Positions 17,690-26,878 of a stretch of DNA of 57,279 bases are shown here, in pieces. The DNA is taken from the IMG/VR virus record IMGVR_UViG_3300032265_001645, positions 1 through 57,279 of that record, one strand, 5' to 3'. Source of the stretch: a virus. Its lineage: Duplodnaviria; Caudoviricetes. Numbering within the stretch: position 1 is the first letter of the stretch; each line of letters starts with the position of its first letter. A model generated the notes under the pieces. The model saw nothing but the letters and a program-made list of their open reading frames with translations, ran no database searches and was not told the DNA's origin. Both the position numbers and the translations under genes were made by a program.

Positions 17690-19671
17690 TATTTTGCCTC
17701 TCCCCAACGGGACACTAGTTTAACATCTGCAATCAAAGGTATTGACAGCACATTAATGCCTTCCATAGCCGATCTAATTGCTTCCATAGTTTCCTCAGCA
17801 AGATGGTCTGGGGTAATGGTTACAAGTTCATCATGTACGGTAAGAATAAGGCTTGACTCTACAGGAATCATTGCCTGTGCCCTTACCATAGCAACCTTAA
17901 TCAGATCTGCTGCGGATCCCTGAATCATAGTATTAAAAGCTTGACGTTCTGCCTTAGCACGAGTCCACTGGTCTTTTGCACGAAGATCGGGAAGATAACG
18001 GCGACGCTTTAGTAGAGTAGTTACATAAGGTATTGGTGTTTGACGCCTACAATCGCTAATAACTTGACGCTTATAACGAGCAATAGCGGGAAACTTCTTA
18101 CCGAAGTTATCTAATAAGTCCCTAGCCTCTGTAAGAGAACAGCCAATCTCACGCGCAATTTTGTCTGGACCCACCCCATAAGCAAGGGCGAGTACCAGGA
18201 CTTTGCCTGCCTTTCGGTCTACACCCATCGTATTACCGATAGTTGTGTAAATGTCCTCGCCATTCTTATAGGCATCAACCATAACCCGGTCATTGCTAAA
18301 AGATGCAATAACTCTAGGTTCGATCTGTGAGTAGTCCGCTACTACTAGTTTATGTCCTTCGGGAGCTACGAAAAGGTTTCTAATAGCTTTACCGTTTGCA
18401 GTATGAGGGGCAGGTACATTCTGCAAATTTGGGTTCCGGCTAGAAAATCTACCGGTATCTGCGCCATACTGTACAAAGTCTGTGTGAATCCGTCCTTTGT
18501 ACATAAGGCTCTCTTTTGTTGTAATCTTTGTTTTACCAGCAAGAGTACGCGTGATATCTCCACCAAGATAAGGTATTACATAGGTAGTCATAAGCTTATT
18601 TAAATCCGAATAAGTGAGAAGCTGATCTACCAAGGAATCTTTACCTCTAAACACAGAAAGAGCAGGCTCTGATACAGAGTAGTCTCTGTAGGTAGATTTG
18701 TAATTTGAATCAGTGTCCATACGCTTTTGACCTGCGGGAGTCATTGTTTTTGGCTTAAGACCTCGTCCACCATCTTTACGAGGAGTAAACAGGATTTCTT
18801 GTTTCTCCGGAACTGAATTCATATTAAAAGCCCTCTTTGCTAATGCAAAGATCTTTCCTTTTGTGTCCTCAATCTGTTTTTCTAAATCAATCTTTAACTG
18901 TGATAGTTGATCCACATCTATATCGGCTCCACGCAACTCCATGTGGCAGATTACATTAAGTACATCCATCTCTAAATTAAAGATGGGGCTTAGTCCCTGC
19001 TCAACAATCATATCTTTATATTTTAAGTATAAGTTCCAAGTCCATTCAGCATCAAGCGCGGCATATGTACCGACATCTTGATATGAGTATGCCTCAATCT
19101 CTTTACCGACACCTTTAACCATCTCATACCCAAACTCACGCTTTAAACAGTCATCTAGACCTAAAGAGATGCGATTACGGTTATCAAGAATAAATGCCGC
19201 ATTTAAGGTACAAAAGTATGGTGCGGCAGGTAATCCTTTGTTGTATTTAGTTACACTCTGTAAATCAAATTTAAGATTATGTCCAACCTTTACCTTAGAA
19301 CTGTTAAGTAAAGGCTTGAGGGCAGAAAACACTTCAGCGGGAGTTAGCTGAGCGGGAGGCTTGTCAAAGATCTTAGTAGCCTTCTTTTCGTCTTTGCTGT
19401 AATCCTGTGGGCGTAACTCTTGTCCACGCTCAGCCTTTGCAACTGCTGAAGGAAGTAGAGGAAACTCTGTTCTTAGATACTCACCATTTGGGTGGCCCAT
19501 AGGAATCACATCGACTCGACCATGGGTTGCCATAGCAATCCACACAACCATATTTCTACGGGGGTCACCTCGGTGGTCGCCCATAGTTTCTACGTCATAG
19601 CAAAACGCGTCTTGTCCAGAGTAATACTCGACAAGATCATTTAAATCTTCAATGCTAGTTATAAACTTCAT
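17689..19671 (-). CDS. polA: Family A DNA polymerase with 3'-5' exonuclease
   Basis: Exo motifs YDVET, GHNLKFD, YAALDA; TGRFSSRNPNLQN, DYSQIE, K....LAYG, NTMIQGSAAD, VHDEL; start set at ATG 19671 behind GAGGG. Confidence 0.97.
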   Translation of the reverse strand: MKFITSIEDLNDLVEYYSGQDAFCYDVETMGDHRGDPRRNMVVWIAMATHGRVDVIPMGHPNGEYLRTEFPLLPSAVAKAERGQELRPQDYSKDEKKATKIFDKPPAQLTPAEVFSALKPLLNSSKVKVGHNLKFDLQSVTKYNKGLPAAPYFCTLNAAFILDNRNRISLGLDDCLKREFGYEMVKGVGKEIEAYSYQDVGTYAALDAEWTWNLYLKYKDMIVEQGLSPIFNLEMDVLNVICHMELRGADIDVDQLSQLKIDLEKQIEDTKGKIFALAKRAFNMNSVPEKQEILFTPRKDGGRGLKPKTMTPAGQKRMDTDSNYKSTYRDYSVSEPALSVFRGKDSLVDQLLTYSDLNKLMTTYVIPYLGGDITRTLAGKTKITTKESLMYKGRIHTDFVQYGADTGRFSSRNPNLQNVPAPHTANGKAIRNLFVAPEGHKLVVADYSQIEPRVIASFSNDRVMVDAYKNGEDIYTTIGNTMGVDRKAGKVLVLALAYGVGPDKIAREIGCSLTEARDLLDNFGKKFPAIARYKRQVISDCRRQTPIPYVTTLLKRRRYLPDLRAKDQWTRAKAERQAFNTMIQGSAADLIKVAMVRAQAMIPVESSLILTVHDELVTITPDHLAEETMEAIRSAMEGINVLSIPLIADVKLVSRWGEAK

Positions 19672-19676
19672 GTTTC

Positions 19677-19733
19677 CCTCACTTGTTAAGTTAGGGGACT
19701 CTGGAACAAAGGAGGTAAGAACAGAGTCCCCCA
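19677..19733 (-). promoter_or_regulatory. Stem-loop with anti-SD loop upstream of polA (candidate pseudoknot translational operator)
   Basis: 10-bp perfect stem (19694-19703/19722-19731); the 18-nt loop contains CCUCCUUUGUU, complementary to AACAAGUGAGG at the polA RBS. Confidence 0.5.
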
Positions 19734-19742
19734 ACGCCCCGA

Positions 19743-20450
19743 TTACTGGCCAGCCAGAATTTCTCGTGCGATTTCTTCAAGTTCAGCGGTAGTAGACATG
19801 CGCAATGCGTCTGCTCCTAGCGGCTTCATTTGAGAAATAACGCCTGACATTTGAACTGGGTCAATTTCCCAGTCCTCTGAGAGATCTCGCTCTTTAACAG
19901 GAAGGATTGAATATGAAGTTTTTGTGCCGGTGCCTGAACGGCTTACGGCCCAGTAAAGATCTGGACGATCTAATGGTCCAGTCTTCTTGTCTGAGTTTAG
20001 CTTCTCTAGTTGACCACAAAAACGAATGCCAACAGTCATTAACTGAATTGTTGGTGTTTCATCTGAAAGGTTTACAACGCTAAAAGCAAACTTGCGCTCT
20101 GGCTTATTGCCAACGCGTGCTAGTGGGTCTCCTTCCCAACCAATAAAGGATTTCTTACCCTTGCGGTCTACCCAGTGCTGGAAGAAGACCATTGGTTCGG
20201 ATGATAGGAACTTAATAAGTTGCACGTCTTCTTCGAACTTAAAATCATTCGTATAAGAACGGCTTGATTCAGCCACAGCTTTCTTTGCTGCTGCCCAACC
20301 AGTTTGAATTACAGAAGAGCGCTCAGGAAATTCTTCTTCGCTATCTTCTACGTATAGATCTTCTTCAACATCAAGTGTTGGATCTACTGGTGAATTTCCA
20401 ATGTAGCTATCTACATTTGGAACTTGACGAACTGTTGTATCTGGAGTCAT
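19743..20450 (-). CDS. Putative single-stranded DNA-binding protein (gp32-like OB fold)
   Basis: IKFL...FFQHWV, VSRSGTGTKTSYSI motifs; adjacent to the polymerase. Confidence 0.65.
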   Translation of the reverse strand: MTPDTTVRQVPNVDSYIGNSPVDPTLDVEEDLYVEDSEEEFPERSSVIQTGWAAAKKAVAESSRSYTNDFKFEEDVQLIKFLSSEPMVFFQHWVDRKGKKSFIGWEGDPLARVGNKPERKFAFSVVNLSDETPTIQLMTVGIRFCGQLEKLNSDKKTGPLDRPDLYWAVSRSGTGTKTSYSILPVKERDLSEDWEIDPVQMSGVISQMKPLGADALRMSTTAELEEIAREILAGQ

Positions 20451-20484
20451 TTAAGACGCCTTTCTTAGCCATTAGCCATAGGTA

Positions 20485-20952
20485 TTAGTTAGTTTCTTGA
20501 GTATGAATCTTAGTCCAGTTCTCCAGTATTTCTACCGATAGATCAGGGTGTCGATTCCAGTCAATCCGGGGGGCTTCAAGAAGTCCTCGAGATTGAAAAC
20601 TGTTTATTACTGAGAGAATCATATCACGGCTGTACATACGCCACCCGGGTTTCTTCTTCCCATCAACAATAATTGACTTTAGGCGATAAGGTGCACGTGG
20701 TATATAACCCTTTCGTTCCCAAAGACGTACAGTTACGAGAGGTCGCCCGAGGGCAAGAGCTAATGCTCCGGCACTGAATAACTCCACCTCTTTGCCGCTA
20801 GGCAGTTTTTTAACCTGAGGATTTTCTTCCCAGGAATCTATGTCTTCCTTTTTCTTCTTTATGGGATGTGCTAAAGACTTTCGCACTTGCTTAGACCCGG
20901 GATATGTTTTACCTAAGTTTCCAAACATAGCGTCTATAACATCATCAGACAT
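20485..20952 (-). CDS. MerR-like HTH DNA-binding protein
   Basis: FSAGALALALGRPLVTVRLWERKGYIP...RMYS. Confidence 0.8.
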   Translation of the reverse strand: MSDDVIDAMFGNLGKTYPGSKQVRKSLAHPIKKKKEDIDSWEENPQVKKLPSGKEVELFSAGALALALGRPLVTVRLWERKGYIPRAPYRLKSIIVDGKKKPGWRMYSRDMILSVINSFQSRGLLEAPRIDWNRHPDLSVEILENWTKIHTQETN

Positions 20953-21124
20953 CTTTTTGCGCTCGCTTTCTTAGCCATCGCTTTGATGCAGGAAATTCTA
21001 CCTGTATCCAGAAAAAAATCAAATCCAGAGAGCACTGTATGGTAGAAAGATGAATGCCTAAAGAAAATGCTTTAGTAAAAAACCCCCACTGAACCCAGAC
21101 TCGCCCCACCTTGCGTTCGTACAT
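20945..21124 (-). CDS. Small hydrophobic beta-rich protein (59 aa), missed by the ORF track
   Basis: MYERKVGRVWVQWGFF...LDLIFFWIQVEF; fills the gap between its neighbours. Confidence 0.5.
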   Translation of the reverse strand: MYERKVGRVWVQWGFFTKAFSLGIHLSTIQCSLDLIFFWIQVEFPASKRWLRKRAQKDV

Positions 21125-21126
21125 TG

Positions 21127-21564
21127 TTACTTCTTGCTTGGGACAAATGCCCAGGTAACTGTTTTAGGAAACATAGTGTCAATGTCTTTTTCAGAAAGCT
21201 TTCCTTCATAAAGACAGGCCATAACTTCATCTTCATCTACTGTGGGGATTGTCTTAATGCAACGATCTGCCAGCCCTTTTGTTGCTAATAAAGCAACCGC
21301 TGAATCCATATCAAGCTTTTGTGATACACGGCGTTGACGTTGTAAAGACACATATCCATCTACTTCTTCAGGAAGTTCTAGCCATAGATGACCTTTATCA
21401 TCCTCTACGCCATTGTTTTCTACTTCTTCCATTAATTCGTTTTTAACTTCAGATTGTGCTTTAGAAAGCTCATCAATCTTTTTCTTATAAGTAATGTACT
21501 CACGGACTTTTACAAGAAGAGGATTACTTGAAATCTTTCGTGGTGATGACTCAATATTTGGCAT
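21127..21564 (-). CDS. Hypothetical coiled-coil protein (Gam/Gp157-like architecture)
   Basis: N-terminal coiled coil plus beta region; AAAGGAG RBS before ATG 21564. Confidence 0.5.
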   Translation of the reverse strand: MPNIESSPRKISSNPLLVKVREYITYKKKIDELSKAQSEVKNELMEEVENNGVEDDKGHLWLELPEEVDGYVSLQRQRRVSQKLDMDSAVALLATKGLADRCIKTIPTVDEDEVMACLYEGKLSEKDIDTMFPKTVTWAFVPSKK

Positions 21565-21603
21565 TTTATGCTCCTTTAGTTCTAGTGCCGATTGGTATGC
21601 CAT

Positions 21604-21631
21604 ACACTAACAGAAAACCCCCCGGTGTCAA
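21604..21631 (-). promoter_or_regulatory. Sigma70/HrdB-type promoter TTGACA-N16-TAGTGT
   Basis: -35 TTGACA at 21631-21626; -10 TAGTGT at 21609-21604 with a TG extension. Confidence 0.55.
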
Positions 21632-21641
21632 ATCCGGGGGG
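21614..21641 (-). terminator. Intrinsic terminator overlapping that promoter
   Basis: CCCCCCGG/CCGGGGGG 8-bp stem followed by TTTT. Confidence 0.7.
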
Positions 21642-21670
21642 CTGTCTGGCAGGTGACTCTTAGGGCTAGT

Positions 21671-21814
21671 CTACTGCTCCAAATATTGTTTTAGAGCCTG
21701 GATAATCACGTCTGTAACTGTGCGCTTATCAGCGGCAGCCTTCTCTTTTACAGCGTTCCAGAGCTCATTTGAGACACGAATAGTGCGCGTGGGTGTCTTC
21801 GGTGAATTTGGCAT
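21671..21814 (-). CDS. Ribbon-helix-helix (Arc/CopG-like) DNA-binding protein (47 aa), missed by the ORF track
   Basis: PTRTIRVSNELWNAVKEKAAADKRTVTDVIIQALKQYL; AGGAG RBS. Confidence 0.85.
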   Translation of the reverse strand: MPNSPKTPTRTIRVSNELWNAVKEKAAADKRTVTDVIIQALKQYLEQ

Positions 21815-21821
21815 TACTCTC

Positions 21822-23435
21822 CTATGCGTTTAGTAGAAACGCCCTCAATGTTCCCACGGTAAGGTTTACCCCACCCTGGTCGTTAATGCCCTCGCCGTCT
21901 ATTACAGCATTTGCTATGGCAGACTTTTGCAACAACATCTCTCGTTGACGTTGCTCGAGTGAGTTCTCCATTAGTATATCTTGTACAACAATTCGCTCCC
22001 AAGTGCTGGAAGCACGTTTAATTCTTCCATTACGTTGAACCGCTAACCCGGCATTCCACGGTAGATCATAGTTCACTAGTAAGTTTGCCTGTGGTAAGTC
22101 TACACCATACCCCCCGGCATCGGAAGATATAAAGAGCCTACATTCAGGGTCTGTTTGAAACTTTATCTTTGCTTCTTCTTTTTGTTTTGCATTTAGCTGA
22201 CCCGTGTACACAACAGATCCATATGGAAGAGATTGTTGTAACAGCATAGTCATGCCAACAAAACTGGAAAATATAACGGCTTTGTTTCCGTCATATTGAG
22301 ATAAGAAATCATTTATGTATTGCTTTAATACTTCTAATTTAGGTCCAGAGTTCATTCCATCTAATAAACCCAGAGCTTTAAGCTCAGATGCATACCCAGA
22401 TCCTCCGTAAAAACCCGGAATGTTCAAGGTATTACCGTCAACAATTACTGTTCCATTATCAAACTTATCAGCACTTTTTAGTAAAAGCTGGGGATCATCG
22501 CAAAGTAGGCGTAAACAAGTCATCTTAGACATAATCAAGCCTCGAAGCTCATCCATCATTCCGCCTTGATCGCTTTGTCCATAATGTGAAAAAATATCAA
22601 ATCCAGAACCAAATGACTCTAATGCATCATCAAGATTTATAACAAGATCTCTAACAATGTGTGTGTACAATTTTTTACCTGCACGATCAAATGGGACAAA
22701 GATTGGTTCTGCGTGAATAGACTCTGGTAAGTACGGTGCTACATCGGGATCTGATTGTCTCTTACGTACTGATGCACTTCCTAAAGTTTTAGTAAGGAGG
22801 GGTAAGTTTCTGTATCTCTCTACGCCACCAAAACGATTACGCACAATAAACGTATTATCAAAAAGATCAAATCGTCCTAATACCTTTTGATCTACAAACT
22901 GCATAATACTGTAGAGCTCTTCTGGCTTACCATTTTCTACGGGGGTGCCAGTTAAAGCATACTTAACCGGACTATTAAGTTTCTTTACGTATTTAGCTCG
23001 TTTTGATCTAAAGGATTTGATGGCGGTTGCTTCGTCGCAAACAACAAAGGATCTGTTGAGCTGCTCAACGAGCTCCCAGTCGTTAACAACTTGCTCGTAG
23101 TTAATAATGACGTAATCAACGAGTGTATGCCCCCAGTCGAGAGCCTCTGTGTATTGTTGTGCTCGTTTTGACGGCGTTCCGTCAATGACCACAACGTTTG
23201 CAGATCCATCTGTAAATTTCTCAATCTGTTGTTTCCACTGATATTTCAGGGAAGATAGGCAGATTATTATACCTGGCCCCACTATCTCTCCGGAGTCCTT
23301 AAGTTCTTCCAAGGCAGCAATCGTAAGGACGGTTTTACCTAACCCAAGGTCATAGGCAACAAGCATACGCTTGCGAGAAACCATAGCCTCTACTGCCTCT
23401 ACCTGATAAGGCAATAAGGTGCCTGTAAAGCTCAT
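21822..23435 (-). CDS. SNF2-family (SF2) helicase
   Basis: DLGLGKT, VCDEAT, LTGTPVEN, GGYGVDL, YDLPWN...QRNGRI.R. Confidence 0.92.
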   Translation of the reverse strand: MSFTGTLLPYQVEAVEAMVSRKRMLVAYDLGLGKTVLTIAALEELKDSGEIVGPGIIICLSSLKYQWKQQIEKFTDGSANVVVIDGTPSKRAQQYTEALDWGHTLVDYVIINYEQVVNDWELVEQLNRSFVVCDEATAIKSFRSKRAKYVKKLNSPVKYALTGTPVENGKPEELYSIMQFVDQKVLGRFDLFDNTFIVRNRFGGVERYRNLPLLTKTLGSASVRKRQSDPDVAPYLPESIHAEPIFVPFDRAGKKLYTHIVRDLVINLDDALESFGSGFDIFSHYGQSDQGGMMDELRGLIMSKMTCLRLLCDDPQLLLKSADKFDNGTVIVDGNTLNIPGFYGGSGYASELKALGLLDGMNSGPKLEVLKQYINDFLSQYDGNKAVIFSSFVGMTMLLQQSLPYGSVVYTGQLNAKQKEEAKIKFQTDPECRLFISSDAGGYGVDLPQANLLVNYDLPWNAGLAVQRNGRIKRASSTWERIVVQDILMENSLEQRQREMLLQKSAIANAVIDGEGINDQGGVNLTVGTLRAFLLNA

Positions 23436-23983
23436 ACCAAAAGGTTTTGCATTCTAGAGTTTACAAGTCCCTCTAAATCGGAAATAGTCCCATTATTAGT
23501 AAAGATTTGATCTACTGGGTAGCCATCCATTTGAGACTCTGATACGTGCGCATTTACGGCCGATACTCCATTACGTTTGATTCTCCACAATTGAGAGTTG
23601 TCATACTTTTTAATGGCTTCAGCTTCGTTTTCAAAACGAACGTCAGTAATAACATAATTAGATGCTCCAAATAAACCAAGCCCATCTAAAGACTGCTTTA
23701 CCCAAAAGTCATCCCCAAATAGTTTACGAGCCGCAACTCCAGAGTTTTGTAATAAACGACGAATATGGGGAGATTTTTTAGCCTCTTCCCACCCATCACG
23801 ATCTACGCGTGCCTTAACAAACATAGGTTCTCCGGCAATAGAATCAAACATAGGATTAGTTTCATAAAGAAATTCACGAATTTTATCTGCAAAGGCTACG
23901 CGAGTAAAACCATGTTGTTCTACTAAAATTTTAGCTACGGTATCTTTTCCAGATTGTGCATATCCTGTAAGTCCAATAATCAT
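23432..23983 (-). CDS. Deoxynucleoside monophosphate kinase
   Basis: IIGLTGYAQSGKDTVA, AFADKIR, RRLLQ, ITDVRFENEA, H.SE. Confidence 0.9.
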   Translation of the reverse strand: MIIGLTGYAQSGKDTVAKILVEQHGFTRVAFADKIREFLYETNPMFDSIAGEPMFVKARVDRDGWEEAKKSPHIRRLLQNSGVAARKLFGDDFWVKQSLDGLGLFGASNYVITDVRFENEAEAIKKYDNSQLWRIKRNGVSAVNAHVSESQMDGYPVDQIFTNNGTISDLEGLVNSRMQNLLV

Positions 23984-24963
23984 TTTAAGATACCCCCTAG
24001 TTTTACACAGTGAACGGCGTGGTCAAGGCCCCATCTTATCGCATTTGTGCTCATATCTCCAATGTCTTTGGCCCCACTATCTGCGTAATTAAATGCCCAA
24101 AATTCTATTCCACGTTTTTTAGCCTCTACTTTAAAATCTTCTAACGCTTTATAGCCGGCGGGATCTATATTGGGGTTATCGAAAGCAATAATTAACTTAT
24201 CTGCTTTACGCATAAGGTCAAACTGAGCATCGCTGACGGTAGCTCCACAAAGAGCTACTCCTCCGCACTTAACTGCATCAAGTGGGGACTCTACAACAAT
24301 CATAGTTCCACCCTCCCAAGCGTCTATACCAAACAAAGACTTGGATTTTTTTAATCCTGTAGGTCGGTTCATAAAATGACGCTCTAATTGTCCTTTTTCT
24401 TGCCACCCCATTAAGTTTCCTGTTTCAGGCTCTCTTATTGGAAGAATCCAAGAATTTAAAGAAGTGGACCATTTTACCGAATATTTTTTACAAGCCTCAA
24501 CACTAACTTGACGTGCTTCTAAAGCCCACTCGGGAGGTTCTGTGAATACAGCTAAACGGGCTTCGCTCATTGGCACAACCGTAGGCAGTCTTATATATGA
24601 AGACCTAGATTCTTCCATTTGTTTAATAAGGTTTGGAAGATCTACATTTATACTGGAAGATAGCCACTCTTTTGCTGCGTCGTAATCAGACAGCCCGTAG
24701 TCTGTTTTAAAATCACGAAGATCACATATAAGACTAAGTAATGAGCCCTTATACCCACAAGAAAAACAGTTATGAACACCGGTATCCGCGTTTACCGACC
24801 AAGAAGGATTTATATCCTCTCTTCCGGTCCTCTCAACATGCATAGGACAATGTCCAGAGATTTCATGCCCATGTTCATAGGCATCAATACCAAGCTTTAC
24901 AAGTACTGTGTAAACCTCGTTATCCCTGAATGCAGCAGCCATCACACTTTCCTTCATGCTCAA
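23980..24963 (-). CDS. DnaG-like DNA primase (CHC2 Zn finger plus TOPRIM)
   Basis: CPMH...NPSWSVN...CFSCG; VVESPLDA; AFDN; KDIGD. Confidence 0.88.
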   Translation of the reverse strand: MSMKESVMAAAFRDNEVYTVLVKLGIDAYEHGHEISGHCPMHVERTGREDINPSWSVNADTGVHNCFSCGYKGSLLSLICDLRDFKTDYGLSDYDAAKEWLSSSINVDLPNLIKQMEESRSSYIRLPTVVPMSEARLAVFTEPPEWALEARQVSVEACKKYSVKWSTSLNSWILPIREPETGNLMGWQEKGQLERHFMNRPTGLKKSKSLFGIDAWEGGTMIVVESPLDAVKCGGVALCGATVSDAQFDLMRKADKLIIAFDNPNIDPAGYKALEDFKVEAKKRGIEFWAFNYADSGAKDIGDMSTNAIRWGLDHAVHCVKLGGILK

Positions 24964-25189
24964 ATTTAACTACGATATCTTTATTAGTTTCATCTGGATC
25001 TACGTGCCCAATACCATGAGAACATAAACGCTCCATCGCATATACAGTTGAGTTCCAAATCTGCGGCCAAGATCGCAAAGGATGATCACTACGATTGTGT
25101 AGAGTACAGGTAGTTCCTTTACATTTTCCAGGAACATGTGCGCGTGTAAAAACAACTTCTGAATGTTCTAACTGAGCTTTACCAATCAT
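24920..25189 (-). CDS. Small Cys/His-rich hypothetical protein
   Basis: CTLHNRSDH, RLCSHGIGH.DPD, CDGCC. Confidence 0.6.
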   Translation of the reverse strand: MIGKAQLEHSEVVFTRAHVPGKCKGTTCTLHNRSDHPLRSWPQIWNSTVYAMERLCSHGIGHVDPDETNKDIVVKFEHEGKCDGCCIQG

Positions 25190-25394
25190 AATCGTCTTCT
25201 TCCTCTAAGGGTTCTAATGGTACATATCCTTCCGGCATATCTGCAAGTGTAGGGGCAGTTGCTATAGTTCCGCAAAGTGCGCACTCCATATCAAGAAAAT
25301 ACATAGCAACTTGATAGTCTTTAAAGATTGTTTGAACTCTCCACAACTCTGATCCACAAGGACAAACGTGAGTAGGTACTCCTCTAATGTCCAC
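25179..25394 (-). CDS. Small Zn-ribbon protein
   Basis: HVCPCGS...ECALCG. Confidence 0.65.
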   Translation of the reverse strand: MDIRGVPTHVCPCGSELWRVQTIFKDYQVAMYFLDMECALCGTIATAPTLADMPEGYVPLEPLEEEDDYDW

Positions 25395-25656
25395 TTTTTA
25401 CCTTTTTATTTCTTTGACTTCTGATACGACTGCGTTGACGTGGTGTTGTTCCCGCCCAAATACCGTCAAGCCAAGGTGTAGACACTGCATACTCAAGACA
25501 ACTCATAACTAGGGGACAGGCGTTACACATGTCTCTTGCGGCAATAAGCTTATTTTGATCCATGTATTCTTCTGGAAAAAAAAGATCTGAATTAGACTCG
25601 TTACAAAGCTGTGTGCCATTAAAAGGATAATCCTCGTACTCAAAATTAAGCTCCAT
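25384..25656 (-). CDS. whiB: Second WhiB-family regulator
   Basis: LC...DLFFP...ARDMCNACPLVMSCLEYA...GIWAGTTPRQR. Confidence 0.9.
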   Translation of the reverse strand: MELNFEYEDYPFNGTQLCNESNSDLFFPEEYMDQNKLIAARDMCNACPLVMSCLEYAVSTPWLDGIWAGTTPRQRSRIRSQRNKKVKSGH

Positions 25657-26878
25657 ATTCTTGGAATTTCCCCTCTTCCCAGTCCCAAAGAAGCTCAACT
25701 TCTGCTGGCCCCGTATTACGGCTTGCTACAATCTTTAATAATCTAGAACTATCGTCTTCTTCATCTTGACGTTGAAGAGCAAATATGACATCTGAATCCT
25801 GATGAAATGATGATGAAAACGCAATAGAGTCCGCAGTTATCTGTCCCCCACGTACCTTGCTGTTCAATACTTGTGTTGTCTGTACAACTGGAATATCAAA
25901 CTTTTGCGCTACACGCTTTAAAGATTGCGTAATGTTTCTTAAAGCAATAGGTGTTCCACGTTCTCCGGAGATCTCATCTGTCATCAGATAGACGCCATCT
26001 ACAAAAAGGATATTAGGACGAAGTTTCTCCATCTTAAGGGAAAGCTGTGAAACGCTGTATGCTGAAATAGACTCAGTCAAATAAAAGTGATGCATAGTCT
26101 CCATGTCAGTAAGCATCTTTTGATAGCGTGTTTCTTCAGCAGGTTTTAAACAACCTCGAACTAAACGATTATTTGAGATATGTGCTCGCATTGCGTCGTG
26201 TCGATGCTCTTGTTCTGTATTACTCATTTCAAAAGATTGAAAGGCTGGTACCCAGCCATCATTATGTACGTTAACAGCCATCTGCATAGCGAGAACTGAT
26301 TTACCGGTTTTAGGTGGAGCAATAATGGTAATCAATTGTCCCCCTTGTAACCCTGCGGTAGCTAGGTCCATAACTTGAAACCCTGTAGCCATACCTAATA
26401 AACCATTTGGTCGGGTTTTAACATTTAGGTAGGAGTTGTATCGCCCCATTGGTTGGTCTGTAAGGTCAATGTCTTCACTGAGAACAGCGCCTTCATCTAT
26501 AAGGGCCGCGTAACCTTTGCCCATAATAGAAATGGCAGAGTTATGATCACCAGACTCAATTGCAGAAGCGGCTTGCTGAATAACGTCAATTGATTTATTG
26601 CGTCGTCTAAATTCTACTAATTGATCTAAAAGGTAATCTATTGCATCTTCTACCGCAAGAAGTCGGTAGGTTGGGAAGTTATCCATAACAGTTGTTGCTG
26701 TAGGAACTTCTTGATATTTAGTCCAATGATCTTTTAGGAAACGCCAAACAGCTTGATTTGAATCATTTAAGAACCAGCTGTCTTCAACACCACGAGCTAA
26801 AAGGGGGGCAATATCTCGTGACCTAATAGCTCGGGAAAGTAGTCTTAGCTCATTGTCTGCCGCCACTGTATCCCCCAA
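25646..26878 (-). CDS. dnaB: DnaB-like replicative helicase
   Basis: TGF..D..T.G.Q.GQLI, Walker A APPKTGKS, SFEMS, FVDG, QDSD, ASRN. Confidence 0.92.
   Translation of the reverse strand: MGDTVAADNELRLLSRAIRSRDIAPLLARGVEDSWFLNDSNQAVWRFLKDHWTKYQEVPTATTVMDNFPTYRLLAVEDAIDYLLDQLVEFRRRNKSIDVIQQAASAIESGDHNSAISIMGKGYAALIDEGAVLSEDIDLTDQPMGRYNSYLNVKTRPNGLLGMATGFQVMDLATAGLQGGQLITIIAPPKTGKSVLAMQMAVNVHNDGWVPAFQSFEMSNTEQEHRHDAMRAHISNNRLVRGCLKPAEETRYQKMLTDMETMHHFYLTESISAYSVSQLSLKMEKLRPNILFVDGVYLMTDEISGERGTPIALRNITQSLKRVAQKFDIPVVQTTQVLNSKVRGGQITADSIAFSSSFHQDSDVIFALQRQDEEDDSSRLLKIVASRNTGPAEVELLWDWEEGKFQEYGA

Noticed and set aside
19672-19734. N-terminal extension of PolA given by the ORF track
   Set aside because: The region forms a strong hairpin, and ATG 19671 has its own SD.
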